Shown: positions 11,271-24,235 of the stretch, piece after piece | Layout: each line of letters starts with the position of its first letter | Position numbering within the stretch: the first letter of the stretch is position 1 | Source: Callorhinchus milii | Taxonomy: Eukaryota | Reading direction: 5' to 3' | Length of the DNA: 64,000 nt | NCBI RefSeq assembly: GCF_018977255.1 | Contig: NW_024704744.1 | Span: forward strand, 50,406,001 to 50,470,000 | Notes under the pieces: generated by a model | What the model saw: only the letters and a program-made list of their open reading frames with translations | What the model was told of the DNA's origin: nothing | The model's database searches: none | Program-made: the position numbers and the translations under genes

Positions 11271-14147
11271 TAACAACAACAACAAAATTACATTTATAGA
11301 TCGCCTTTCACGTCGGGAGGACGTCCCAAAGCGCTGAACAGTCAGGTGTCGGGGCCCAAGCATGGGGAAGGGGTGGTGTAGGGGTGAGGGAAGGCAGAGA
11401 GGGTGGGAGGATGGCTGAAGGCACGGTCAAAGAGGAGGGTCTTGAGGCGTGCCTTGAAGGAGGCAAGGTAGAGAGCGAGGCAAAGGGAGTTCCAGAGGGT
11501 GGGGGGAGAAGCTGAAGGCCCGACAGCCGATGGTGATCTTGCCCTATCCCCCTACTCCACCGTCTTGTAAAGAAGAGTATCGAAAAGAAGGGTCTTGAAA
11601 CCGGCCTTGAAGGAGGTAAGGGAGGAAGCGAGGCGAAGGGACTGTGGGATGGAGTTCCAAAGTGTGGGGACAGAGGCTGAAAGCCCAGCCACTGATGGTA
11701 GGGTGGGTCGGGCAGGAGACATGGAGCAGGCCGGAGCCCGCTGAACGGAGGGTGTGCGCAGGTTGGTAGGGAGTCAGCAGGTCAGAGAGGTAGGAGGGGG
11801 CAAGACCATGGATGGCCTTGAAAGTGAGGATGAGGATCTTGAACTCGATTATCTGGGGGATGGGGAGCCAGTGGAGTCGGGCGAGGGTGGGAGTGATGGG
11901 GTCACGGAGCCTGGTGCGTGAGAGTACACGAGCTGCAGAGTTTTGGATGATCTGCAGGTTGTGAAGGGAAGAGTTGGGAAGGCCGATGAGGAGGAAGTTC
12001 CCGTAGTCGAGCCTTGATGTGATGAACACGTGGGTGAGGGTTTCGGCAGCCTGAGGGGTGAGACAGTGGCGGAGTCTGGCAATGTTGCGGAGGTGGTGGT
12101 AGGCAGTGCCAGTCATGGCGCGGATGTGGGGGAGAAAGGACAGTTCAGGATCGAACAAATACCCAGATTCCTGACTGGCTCAGTGAGGTTGAGTGTGCAG
12201 CCGTGGAGGCTGATGCTGACAGCGCCTGAGATGCGGAGGCGCTGGCGTGAGCCAATCAGGAGGACCTCAGTCTTGCTGACGTTGAGTTGGAGAAAGTTGG
12301 CCCCCATCCAGGACTTAATGTCGGACAGGCAGTGGGTCAGGACGCCAGTATTCCTGAAGTTCAGGGTGGAGGCAGAGAAGTAGAGTTGGGTGTCATCCGC
12401 ATACATGTGGAAATTACCCCACATCTGTGGATGATGTCATCAAGGGCGAGCATGTAGATGGTGAAGAGGAGAGGACCGAGGACAGAGCCCTGAGGAACAC
12501 TGCACGAGACGGTGCGGGGGCTGGAGGAGAAGCTGTTTACTGTGACAAAGTGGAGGCGGTGTGAAAGGTAGGACTTGATCCAATCAAGGACAGAACCTTG
12601 AAGGTTGGGGTGGGAGGAGAGGCGGTGGAGGAGGATTGAGTGGTCCACGGTGTCAAGGTGGCGGAGGGGGACGAGGAGGTAGAGGGAGCCCTGGTCACAC
12701 ATGGTCAGGATGTTCTTTATAACCTTGACCAGAGCAGCTTCCAAGCTGTGGGCAGCATGGAAACCCGATTGGAGGGGTTCATGGAGGGAGTGAGAGGAGA
12801 GGAAAGAGCGAAGCTGGAAGGCAACGGCTCTCTCAAGGACCTTGCATTGGAAGGGGAGATTTGAGATGGGCCAGAAGCTAGATAGCTGTGATGCGTCAAG
12901 GGAAGGTTTCTTCAAGGTGGGGGTGATAGTGGCTATTTTAAGGGGGGAAGGAACAGTGCCAGATGACAGGAAGAGGTTAATGATGTCGGCAAGTATTGGG
13001 ACAAGGAGGTGGAGCTGGGATTTAAGGAGAGGGGTGGGGATGGGGTCCAGGGTGCAGGTGGTGGGCTTCATGGAGGTTACAATGGTGAAGACAGAGGAAA
13101 GGTGACAGGTTCAAAGGTGTGGAAGGACAGATGGGTAGTTGTCGAGTGGGTAGTTGTGTGGGGTGGGGGTAGGGAGGGGTTGGAAGTTGGGAGGGCAGAG
13201 GCAGCTGAGCGGATTCCCTCAATTTTGGACTCGGGGAAGTCCAGCATTTTCTCGCAGTGAAAGAATTTGCGAGGCATGTCGGGGAAGGTGGAGGAGTCGG
13301 TTGGTAGAGAACTGGAGCCTGGGGTTGCCTTTCGTTTCCAGGATTAACCTGGAATAGAAGGATGATTTGGCTGAGGCGAGAGCGGAGCGGTAGGTTTTGA
13401 TGAGGTCCAGCCAGATGTGGCAGTGGACCGTTAGGCTAGATTTGAGCCAAGTGCATTCGGCAGACCACCCCTGGCCCTTAAGTGAGTGGAGGTGGCTGGT
13501 GAACCATGGTGACGATCGGGAATAGGAGGCAGTTTAGGAGGTGAGGGGTTCAAGTACGTCGAGTGCAGTGGAGAGGGTGCTGTGGAGAAGAGTGAGTGCA
13601 GCGAGTGTGCTGGTGCGAGGGGTGGGCTAGAGGGGGAGGAGATCAGTGGACTCCAAGGCAGGGGCGAGGGATTGTGGGGAGATCTTCTTCCACGGGCAGT
13701 AGAAGATGGTGATAGGTTTGGAGGCAGTGGGGAGAGGGATATGGGAGTTGAGGGAGATGAAATGGTGGTCAGAGATGGCCTTGTCAGTGATGGTGACATC
13801 CAAGATGCTGAGACCCCGGGTGATCACCAGGTCGAACGGGTGACCGTGGGTGTGGGTAGCAGAGTGGAGGTGGAGGGTAAGGTTGAGAGAGGAGAATAGA
13901 GAGGAGATGTCTGAGGAGGTGGAGCAGGAGGGGGTGAAGTGGAGGTTGAAGTTGCCTAGGATGATGAGGCGGTCGGAGCAGAGGCAGAGGGAAGCAAGGA
14001 GGGTGGAGATGTCAGAGATGAAGGTGGGAGAGGATTTTGGGGAGCAATAAAGTAAGAGACTTTTTAGAGAGAGGTGGGAGGAATGGCAGATGGTAAGGTG
14101 TTCAAAAGAGGGGAACGAGACGGTGGAGTAGGGGGATAGGGCAAGAT
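11271..14147 (-). mobile_element. 5'-truncated L2 LINE ORF2 (APE + RT + C-terminus + 3' tail), frameshifted pseudo-copy
   Basis: APE motifs IILGNFNLH, THTHGHPFDLV, ISDHHFI; RT motifs [36 protein letters not shown]; C-terminal SRLDYGN..IQNSAAR..LHWLP; (gtt)n tail. Confidence 0.95.
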
Positions 14148-14402
14148 CACCATCGGCTGTCGGGCCTTCAGCCTCTTCCCCCACCTTTGGAACTCCCTTT
14201 GCCTCGCTTTCTCCCTTGCCTCCTTCAAGGCCCGCCTCAAGACCCTCCTCTTTGACTGTGCCTTCAGCCATCCTCCTACCCTCTCTGCCCTCCACCCTCC
14301 CTAATCCCAACCCCTCCGCTCAGGTCATAATCCCTGACTGTTCAGCACCTTGGAACATCCTCCTGATATGAAAGGTGCTTTACAAATGTCATTTTGTATT
14401 GT
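14148..14402 (+). mobile_element. Host L2 3' fragment, right half with 3' tail
   Basis: caccatcggctgtcgggccttcagc..ttcaaggcccgcctcaagaccctcctcttt..gaaaggtgctttacaaatgtcattttg resumes the 11110-11270 fragment. Confidence 0.85.
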
Positions 14403-14884
14403 ATACGTCATGTTGAATCTGTTATTAACATCACAATTTCTAGTTGATGGCTAAAGACTAAAAAAAGTTTTGAACCCTTCCCCCACCTCAGGTAAGAGTG
14501 CTACCATCTGAGCTAGGCTGAAAATAGAGAGACTCAAGGGATGCTTTAAAGCTGGGATTCGTTGATGTGTCCATCAATCACACAAATGTTTGCATTCATC
14601 ATGAAATACAGTTCACTTTGATCTTAAGTTTTAAGGTACTTACTTTATTGGGTTTTATAGGTTACTCCACTTAAAAGCAAATGGACTGAGACAAATTTAT
14701 TCCCCCATGTTTCAGGTTTTTAAATCGTTTGTGGCAAACAAAAGATACATTCTTGATTAGCAAAGTTTAATTAAGAATAGTTTTCTTGCAAACTTGGCCT
14801 GGCTTCTAAGAGAAATTGACTTGTAATACATGATCACTGAGTATCAAGGGCAATACATGGACTCAAAATTGGCTGCTGGAAGGA

Positions 14885-15122
14885 AGGCGGTCTCATCTGC
14901 CTGTCAGGTGGATGTTAAAGATCCCATAGCACTATTCGAAAAGAGATAAATCCCCAAAATAAAATTGGTCACTCACTCTATGGCTGTTTGTGAGACATTG
15001 CTGTACCCAACTGGCTGCTGCATTCGGCCACAAAATACAGTAACTCCAGTTTACACTATATTCTGTGAAGCGCTTTGAGACATGATAAGACGCTATATCA
15101 AATGCAAGGATTATTATTATTA
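14885..15122 (+). mobile_element. Deu-domain SINE, 5' truncated
   Basis: tgcctgtcaggtggatgttaaagatcccatagcactattcgaa body plus standard tail. Confidence 0.85.
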
Positions 15123-15149
15123 GAGGAGAGCAATGAGGAGAGCCCCCAG

Positions 15150-15450
15150 TGGTAGATGGATGAGCGATGAGTAATGAATAGACAAGCTAGGGCTCTTCAG
15201 ACTTGAAAGACGGAGAATCAGAGGGGCCTCATAGAAGTGTACAAAATTTTAAATGTGATTGAAAAGGTAAACCCAGATCAATACTTTACAATGATTTACA
15301 GCAAAGGTAGTAGAGGCCAGGAACACTGGACTCATTCAAAAAAGCAGCTTGACCCATGCTGTGATGGGGAACGGTAGGGTTGGTGTTCTGCAGGGTTGAG
15401 ATGGGCTGAAGAGCTTTCTTCATCCAGATCAATCTTGGGATCTTATGGAA
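15150..15450 (+). mobile_element. CR1 3' fragment
   Basis: LGLFRLERRRIRGGLIEVYKILNVIEKVNP-like translation. Confidence 0.75.
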
Positions 15451-16204
15451 TACTAATGTATGATACAGTAATGTCTTCCTTTTCGGCTATTTGTTGGAGA
15501 CTTCTGATAAATACTATTTATATATTATCACAGCTGAAAAATAAATACTACAGTTTAGTGAATCAAACTCTGGATTGTAGTTAACCTCTGTATATTTAGG
15601 GCATTATAAACTGCTTAACAAACGATTGAAGTAAAATTTCTTACTGACTTCATAGATGGCAGTCTGTGGTCAGCCCACACACTACCTTGTGTGGGTGTAT
15701 AAATGTTACAGAACCTGCTTTTTGCCCTGTTACTGCTAAACGTATATTTTCTTACTCCATTACTGTTATACCTAGTGAATTATATAGAAAAATCCCAGAA
15801 CAGAATTTCTCTTGATTTTAGAGTTAACTTGTCTTAAAGTTTCGGTTTATGCAAAATTTGGGAACTTTCTCAAATTGGAAGATGTTTTCCCATCATTCTT
15901 TTGCAAGACTATAGCAAATTGCTTTCTAATTTGCAACTGAATTTAAGAATTGTCCAAAATTCTTTGCACTCTTAAAAACTAAGGCCATTAAGATTTGGGG
16001 GTCTCAGGAGTTTGCCCAAACAAATTATTTAACTCTGCTCTGTACTCTGTGCTCTGCTCCCTATACAAAATATTCAATGAAAAAAGTTCAGTTAGTTGTT
16101 TAAAGTCTTGTTTAAAAATATCAAGGAGAAATATGTGAACATTTTATAAAGATGAGGTTCTTTCCCTTTTGGGTGACATGCTGAACCAAAGATTCTTGTG
16201 CCAA

Positions 16205-16460
16205 AGAATCTTGTTAAGATTCTTAACAGGAGGTTGTTAAGTATCCCATGGCAGTATTCAAAAAAGGCACAAGAGTTTTTCCCAGTCCTGGCCAAGTCAG
16301 TGTTCCAAATTAATTGGTTATTCACCTCATGTTGTGTTGGGATCTTGTTGGCATAAATGGTTAGTGAATGGCTAACCAAACTATAGTTACTGCATATTAC
16401 AGTGATTGCCTGTGAAATGTTTTGAGACATTTCAATGTGACAATGTGCTATAAAAACGAA
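16205..16460 (+). mobile_element. Deu-domain SINE relic
   Basis: atcccatggcagtattcaaaaa..agttttcccagtcctggccaa..tgttgggatcttg. Confidence 0.7.
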
Positions 16461-17977
16461 GTTTAAAAAAAGCTTATTGGAAAGTAAAGTATAGTGTCAG
16501 ATCAGGCCTTCAGTTAGAGAATGGGAAAAAAGTTACCAATTCGGAGAAGGATGTAAGATTTGCAATCATAAATTTCAGTACATCCTTGAAAACATATATT
16601 GATATTGCTGCCATTGATTGTTAGTCATAATGTCCAAGTGGTCAAGAACAAATGAAGAGGGTACTGGAGGCTCACATATAGCAGGCAGTATTACCTGAGA
16701 TGGCAAGTCTACAACACAAATGGCATTTATATAGCAACCCGAGGCACTGGGTATACTCCAATAGAGTCAGCTGTAAAGCAGTTTGGATAGGTTTTGACAT
16801 GACAAGGGTGCTCCACAAATTCATGTTTTTTTGGCCAGAATGGAAGACCAATGCTTGGGGATTGTCAGACTCATGAGGAAGGCTGTAAGGAGTAGTGACA
16901 CCTGTGGTATGAAGAATACTCCATAAACAGCATTGCACTGCCAGTACTATTGAAAGTCACCACTGTCCTCTTTGTTTTAACTCGAGGGAAATCTCAAACA
17001 TTAACTGTGGGCATGATCGGAGTCAACCAGTACTTTGTATAATGCTGAAAAAAGGAGATAGCAGAGCACTCTTTTGACATCCCACTGAATGATACTGGAA
17101 TGACATATGAAAAGTGCAGATTTTTTTTCTCCATTGCTATAAGGAAGCCCTTGCTTAACTCCTACAATTACAACACAAATTTCATCAGGAACACACTGGT
17201 ATAAGGGAAACAATTGAACTTGTGTTGCGCCATTCTGTTGTCATATTGGTTGTTTTTTAAATCATCTGAAAAGTATATTTCTCCTGGCTCAACATGAGTT
17301 GCAAATTGTTATAGTGTAGTCAGTGTGACACCTGAACAGGAACCAGCAGGATCAGCTGAAAGAGGCAGGTAACTGTCTTCCAAAAAGTGCAGGGCATCAT
17401 TGCCTGCTCTCATGAAACCATTTGGGTTCCCACATCAAACCCATTAACACACTGTCTCTGCCTAAAAATGTCACGGGTCAGAACTGAAGTCATTAAGACG
17501 AACTAAATCCATATAGCTTGCCATTGAAAGCACTGTCTGACGAGTTTTCTCACTGTTTGTCCAGCTAGGACCACCTAATCCATTAGGTTTTTGGCTTGAA
17601 TGGATAACAGTAGTTGTGAGAAGAATCCCTGTCTCTGGTGACTGGTCTGAGCTTCCAAGTCCTACCAATAAAACAGGCTGGCTGGTTTCGGTTGGCTGGT
17701 TGTGGCTGGTCTGTCATCACCAGTGCCCATGAGTACTACGGATCAGTTGCTCAGAAACCAGACGTCACAGGGTTGACTCGATTCCGACATTCCTTTGCCA
17801 AGCATGTCACCATGAAGCCAGTTCAGCTTGAAGGAGACCACACTTACCTTTCCCCAAAGACTAGAACCAAAAACATCAATTAATACAGGATTTAGGTCCA
17901 TACATGGGTTCCACAACTAAGAGAACTAATTTTTTAAAAAATCAGAATCAGTGTTTATCCAGAATTAAGATGTCTTA

Positions 17978-18052
17978 ATCAGCGCCTTGGGACGTCCTCC
18001 TGACGTGAAAGGCGCTCTATAAATGGAATCTTGTTGTTGTTATTGTTGTTGT
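17978..18052 (+). mobile_element. L2 3' tail
   Basis: agcgccttgggacgtcctcctgacgtgaaaggcgctctataaatg..(gtt)n. Confidence 0.85.
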
Positions 18053-18238
18053 CTGAATTAAGAACTCAACAGTAGAGTTGGGTACGGTATAAATAGGAAG
18101 CAAGGATACTAACTAATGCAGTATTACAGTTTTAAGGTAAGTTGTAAATAGCAAAAATAGGAAACACCATAGCCTCAACCAGGGTACTGAGAGGCATTTG
18201 TGGTGCACAGAGAAGGATCAGAATAAGATGCAATCATG

Positions 18239-18556
18239 AATAATAATAATAATAATCCTTGCATTTGATATAGCGCTATTCACGTCGGGAGGACGTCCCA
18301 AAGCGCTTCACAGAACACACTGTAAAGTGAATTGACTGTATGTTTGTGGGCGAACGTGGCAGCCAATTGCGCACAGCAATGTCCCACAAACAGTTGTAGA
18401 TTGAAAATGACCAATTTATTATTGTTTTGGGTTTTGGAGGGATTATTATTAGGTGTGTTGAGTAAAGAAACTTGCCCAAGGTTTCGCCCTGCCTGGAATT
18501 GAACTCAGGTTTCTCGCTTGCAAAACAAGTGCTCCAACCACTGCGCTACAGGACTA
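18239..18556 (-). mobile_element. Full-length young tRNA(Ala)-derived SINE, short variant
   Basis: Reverse complement is closely similar to 10467-10786 over its length. Confidence 0.9.
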
Positions 18557-20329
18557 CACATGAAGCTTGCATGACAAGCCACTGTAGGCCAGTGAAGTGA
18601 AGTAGTAATAGAGGGGTGATAGCTTTGAATATTTATAGTGGCAAATTCCTTCTGGTGACACAGCAGAGATGCAGCAAATATATTGTTGTTATCCAGTAAT
18701 GTCCTGATGATGTTATCTTTGATATACTGTATGTCAGCACTGCTAACTGAGTCACACAATTCAAATTGTGAATAGAACCTTGCAAAGATTATGCTGCAAA
18801 TGATGCACAAAAAAATAAAAGTGAAGGTAACAGTGAATGGGGGAAAGTAAAAATGACATTTACGTTAGATAAATTATGTGGTTTTAATATGGCTGACACA
18901 GTATTTTACTGTAACTCGATTATGCTGCGGCAGTGATTTTTCTAACATGGTGTTTACAATGTGTGTTATGTGTAAAGAAAAAAGCTGTTTGAAACAGTTC
19001 CATTTGGAAACTGCATTTTCACACCTTCCTTGATGCAAATTCAGAACAGCAGATGTAAAGGATGACATCAATGCATTTGCTAAACTATAGACCAGCGTCC
19101 CCACTTTCCTGGATGCCAAAGGCTTCCAGGGATTGAGTGGATAAATGGGAAATAATCATTTTGATGCAGAATTCCTGTTAGCATTTGGTATTGTTTTCTT
19201 CAACAATGAATATGATCAAATTTTGACCTTTCCAAGAATTCCATTCATGAGAATTCCAACTCCACACAAGTCACTGATGAAAACTGGGTATATGAGCTCT
19301 TTTTTTCAGTAACAAAGCATCAATGCCAGCCTATGGCTAATGAGGGATGTTTGCCATTAAAGCTATTGAGTGCCAGTGATCGCAAGAACGGGACAATTAC
19401 TATTGGATTAATACAATATTTACATCAAGGCTTTTCATTTGAAATCATCGGTTGCTCCAACTGCACAGCTACTGAAAAATAAAATGGGGTCAATTTTTTC
19501 ATGTTACATATCAACATGTAAAAATAGGAGGGATCTTATCCATTCTTTTGCAAACTCCTAAGGAATTGTATTCATTGATCTCATACATGGTTCCATCTGC
19601 CTGAAGCAGTGTTTCAGTTGCAATTTGTTTTTCCTTTTAAAGTGTACTTTCAGACTTACTTGCTGGTGTTCTGTGCTCTCTCACTTAGATTCGCAGAAGA
19701 CTTTGCATTGTGGCTTCTGCATGCCTGATCTGTCAGGCTCTGCACTTGCTTACAGATATTATGTTTCTCAGAATAGGAAAATTCATATTTTATTTCTTCC
19801 TTCAAAATGGAGTGTTTCATTCATCCCAAAATTATATCTGATAAGAACTGGACTGAACAATATCAACATTAGGATTTGACCTCTGGTGTTCTGAACGGTA
19901 GTACAAATATTATAGACTACAATTGCAAATTCACTTTTTTTACATCAATAAAAACAATGAATCTGATCTAAATCAATTATATTGCATAATGGGTATAAAT
20001 GCAAAGCATAAATTGTGATTTTTGCACTGCACTCCGGATTAAAAGTGCATTAAAGTCACGTTGGTAGCAAAATCTGGTAGGAATTGCGATGGACTCCCAT
20101 CCTTTGATACACACTATCTGGTACATCTGGCTAACAATATCATGTGAACAATGTGACATTGTAAACACTATAAATATGTTCAAATAGATCAAAAAATCTG
20201 CAATGGGAATAGACCCAAAATATTAATGTCAGGATTATGTTTCATCGAAGGCACTTAAACCTTAATCCTAATTGTGTATTTCTCTAAGGCTATGTGGGTT
20301 AATTCACTGTGTCATGCATACTGGGCAAA

Positions 20330-20830
20330 TCACAGAATCTGGTCTGTGGTAAATTATCTGATCTCAGTCAGAGAGCCATAATTAGGCTTTACGCCTTGGA
20401 GTGGTGCAAAAATTAGGCTCAACAACTTGGATAAGGAATGGAAAATCAGCTGGGTTTCTGTTTGTGATCACTATCTAGTGACCTATTCCAGAGGTACATG
20501 CATGCAAATGCAGTGGAGGACAGATCAAGCTTTGCTGTGATGCCCTGTGGTAACAAAATCTGGTCATGTCATAAGCAATAGATGCTTGAGTAAGGAAGCT
20601 TTTTGAAGTTTACCTCATTGGATGGAAAGATGAATTGAGTGCTTTCTCAGGCTCAGAAATGGTTGCACATGGGGTCAGTAGTCTTCTAATAACGTGTCCA
20701 AGTGGCCATTCTACATGTATGAGGCTGGAAAGTGAATGTCAACTATTTTGTGCTCAATCTTGATATACACACACCATCAGAGTTCATTGTTTCCAATCAT
20801 TGATACAAACACTGGTTGATTCCCCTCCAC
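20330..20830. mobile_element. Ancient SINE-like repeat, two fragments in opposite orientation (family not named)
   Basis: + fragment ggtctgtg..tgatctcag..gaaaatcagctgggtttctg..gatcactatctagtgacc..gctgtgatgccc; - fragment ccaagtggccattctacatgt. Resembles an old chondrichthyan repeat recalled from memory. Confidence 0.45.
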
Positions 20831-21389
20831 CACCCGAGCCCCACTACAGCCTTTTCGTAGATTGGAAAGTACAAAGACCATTTCTATGTAACACATACAA
20901 ATTTAACAAGTTGGCTAACCGAGGACAGGCGAATGAGTTTCAGACATTCCAAATTGGAAAGGTTAGTGCTACACCATATTAGCCATGAGGTAACTGTAAA
21001 TATAATTATACTAATAATAATCCTGTCACTTAATATAGTGCCTGCCTTTTATGTCGACAGAAATTCTCGAAACGCTTCACAGGATTTACTGTAAAATGCA
21101 GTGACTGCATTTTTGTAGGTAGATGCTCATCTGTTTGCTGATATTATAGTGTGATGACATTCTGATCAGAAGAAAAGATTTTAATCCTTGGAAATAAAAA
21201 GAAAACCAAAATATTTAACAATACAGTTAATTTACACAATTGACAAACAATATAATTTTATATTGATTACAAATAGCCGGCTTTAAAGGTGCAACAAATA
21301 AGCTTTTAATAGCTTTATGTATTGTTATTTATATAATAACAATGTATATTCACTGTTGTTGATGTTGTTCGGTGCTTGTTATGAAATTG

Positions 21390-21510
21390 CTACCCTCCAC
21401 CCTCCCCAATCCTGACCCCCAGCTCGGGTCCGAAACACTGATTGTCGAGCGCCTTGGGACGTCCTCCAGACTAGAAAGGCGCTATACAAATGTAATTTTG
21501 TTGTTGTTGC
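21390..21510 (+). mobile_element. L2 3' UTR and tail
   Basis: gcgccttgggacgtcctcc..aaggcgctatacaaatgtaattttgttgttg. Confidence 0.85.
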
Positions 21511-21974
21511 TAACATGTTTATAAACATCAGAATGTAAGTACAGAGAAAAGTATCAATGTTGTTATTAACACAGATGTTCTGCAACAGTTAATTGTTGCA
21601 ATTGGCATTTGTTATAACATGTTCAAGAATACCTTTCAGTGCAGTAATTGCAGGGTTGTTGCAACACCCATGTATCAAAACAAATTGCTAACTGACAATA
21701 CACATGCACAGAAATGTACAGATTCTTGGCTAGAGCTAGCCTTTGAGCATTATCCCAATTGGTCTATTAACAAATTATTCCTGCTTATTTGCAAATACTA
21801 AACATAACACAAAGTAAGAATGGAAACATTGCTGATGCAAGTTTGATAAATAAACACTGCTTCACGGCTATTTATTATTCCCATAATTTTAATTGAACAA
21901 TTCTTTGGTTCTTTGCTCCCAAGTTAAATTGCTCACAATGGTTAGGGCTGACCAGACTCAATACAGCATCACCT

Positions 21975-22385
21975 GTCAGTCTGGCTCAGTTGATAGCACT
22001 CTTACCTTTAAGTTACAGGTTTTGGTTCAAACACCAGGATGTAACTTTGAGCTCATAATCTAAGATGGCACGCTAGTGTAGTGCTTGTTAGAGGTACCGT
22101 TCTTCTAGTGAGATGCTAAACGGAGGTCTTTTCTGCCTGTTCCGTTAGATATTAAAAATCCCATGGCACTATTCAAAAAGAAAAGGTAGTTTCTCCTAGT
22201 TCAACAATGTCCCAGATTAGAAGATTGGTCATTCACTTCATGGCTGTTTGTAGGACATTGCTCTATTCAAATTGATTTCCACATTTATCTACAAGTGCAT
22301 GTCAATATATTCTATATAAAAAACTCTGTCAAGAGCTTTGAAATGTTTCAATTTAATAAAATGTTATATCAAATGAGTATTTATA
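21975..22385 (+). mobile_element. Near full-length older Deu-domain SINE
   Basis: Head tggctcagttgatagcactctt..ggttcaaa; Deu body gaggtaccgt..gagatgctaaacggagg..aaaaatcccatggcactattcaaa; tail. Confidence 0.8.
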
Positions 22386-22599
22386 ATATGAGGGGAAAAA
22401 GGATGCAAATCCCTGCAGAGCTAATTTTCCTCTGTATTTTTTTGCAGTCATCCACATGTTTGATATATGTGGAAATCCATTATGATACTTAAGAGTATCC
22501 TAACCAGACAGAATTCCACATTTGCAAGTCATATACACGTGGAACTTTACCTATGTCCAGAAAGGAATGCGTAATCTCTCTCTGGAGGGTTGTACCTAT

Positions 22600-22870
22600 A
22601 TTTTATCGAATTCTTGAGACGATTAGACATTGGTTGTGAGAGCAAGACCCCAGAGTGTGTGTTGAGATACGGCTGGAGTTTGTGGAGACAAGGTGGAGAC
22701 GGTGTGAAAAGTAAGATCTGAATCAGTCAAGGACAGACCATGAAGGTTGAAGTGAGAGGAGATGCAGTGGAGGAGTATAGAGTGGTCAATTGTGTCAAAG
22801 ACAGCAGAGAGGTCAAGGAGGATGAGGAGACACAGGGAGTCCTGGTCACGGATGGACCAAATGTCATTTT
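22600..22870 (-). mobile_element. L2 RT fragment
   Basis: Minus strand LLILLDLSAVFDTIDHSILLH motif. Confidence 0.8.
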
Positions 22871-23369
22871 GTCCAGCTGTGACCTATGTTACATTTAAAC
22901 AATTGTTCCATACAATGGAGACAATTTGAAATCTCTATTTTAACATCTTTGTTGATGTAATTCATAATGTCAGTTTATAAAATCATGAAATCACATGACA
23001 AAAGTCTTGTGTCCATATTCCTCTGCTTCACTTGAATCATAAATTATTTTGTGTCTTCCTGCTTCTGTAGCAGTCATTCTACATTTTGACTACATGTTTA
23101 GCCCACAGTAGTTCTACCTTTCTTGTTTCAACTGGTTTCTTTATTTATTCCTCTTGAATCCAAAACTGAAACTTTGAAGGATATCATTGAGACTTATTTT
23201 GAGGAGAAACCAACAACTGCCATACTGTGCTGTAATCAGCAAGAAGATCAGTCCCATAGGATGTTCTCTGTAAATAATGAAATAAGGCAGAAGATCTGCT
23301 ACAACCAGTGGAAATGTCAACCAGAAAGTAGGTGATGACTTCATCCCACACCCTGTCGGAGACTAATCA

Positions 23370-23680
23370 TTCAGCATCGCTCTGATGGTAGCATTCTCAC
23401 TTCTGAGTCAAAATATTCAATTCCACATCAGTACTTTGAACTCAGAGTTAAGGCTGGCACTCCAATACAGTCCTGAGGGAGTGCTGCATTGTTGGAGCTG
23501 CAAACCTTCAGATGAGACATTAAGCTGAGGTCTTTGTTATTTGCTTCATGGTTGTTTGGGGGACACTGATATGTATTGTGTTCACCTACACAATACATAA
23601 TCACTGCACGTTTTACCTTAAATTCTGTGAAGCACTTTGAGATGTCCTCCTGACTATATCAAAGGCAAAGATTAATCATT
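23370..23680 (+). mobile_element. Deu-domain SINE relic
   Basis: ctggcactccaatacagtcctgagggagtgctgcattgttggag..cagatgagacattaa. Confidence 0.8.
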
Positions 23681-24024
23681 TTAAATTGTACACCTATCTT
23701 GCTGCCGAAGAATGATTTGAACACTGAAAGCAATCCATTTATGATACAAAAGATCTATGAAAAACAACACTGCCCTTTTCCAGAACACTTTAGTTACTTG
23801 CTTTTGCATGTTGTAACATGCAAGCAACACAAGTGTGGGTCAAGTGACATTATTTTCAATCAGCATGATATATAATATAAAGCAAATCCTCTAACTGTAA
23901 TGTGGCAATGCTGTTTCTTTAACATTATGGGTTACTTATGTTAAATGTAATAATTATCTTTAATAATGTAAACTTTAAATGATACAATCTGATATTACTA
24001 AATATAGCCAAAGAGCAGTTATAA

Positions 24025-24235
24025 CAATAATAATCCTTGTAATTATTATAGCGCCTTATCACATCTTCGAGATGTCTCAAAGCACTTCACCATGAATTGA
24101 CTGTATATTTTGTAGGCAAAACGTGTCATCCAGTTAGTGTTCCACAAACAGTTGTAGATTGAATGACCAAATTATTATTTTTGTTAAGGGATTATTACCC
24201 CTGGAAAAGCCAATTGACTAACAACCTGTACTAGA
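24025..24235 (-). mobile_element. SINE 3' half, long variant
   Basis: taataatccttg..atagcgccttatcacatc..; gattattacccctggaaaagc..gactaacaacc. Confidence 0.75.

Noticed and set aside
11544-14310. Functional reverse transcriptase gene
   Set aside because: ORF2 is split over at least five frames with stops and is 5' truncated; it is a dead L2 copy.
10467-18556. Inverted SINE pair as the ends of a composite transposon
   Set aside because: No shared target duplication seen; independent insertions of an abundant young family explain it.
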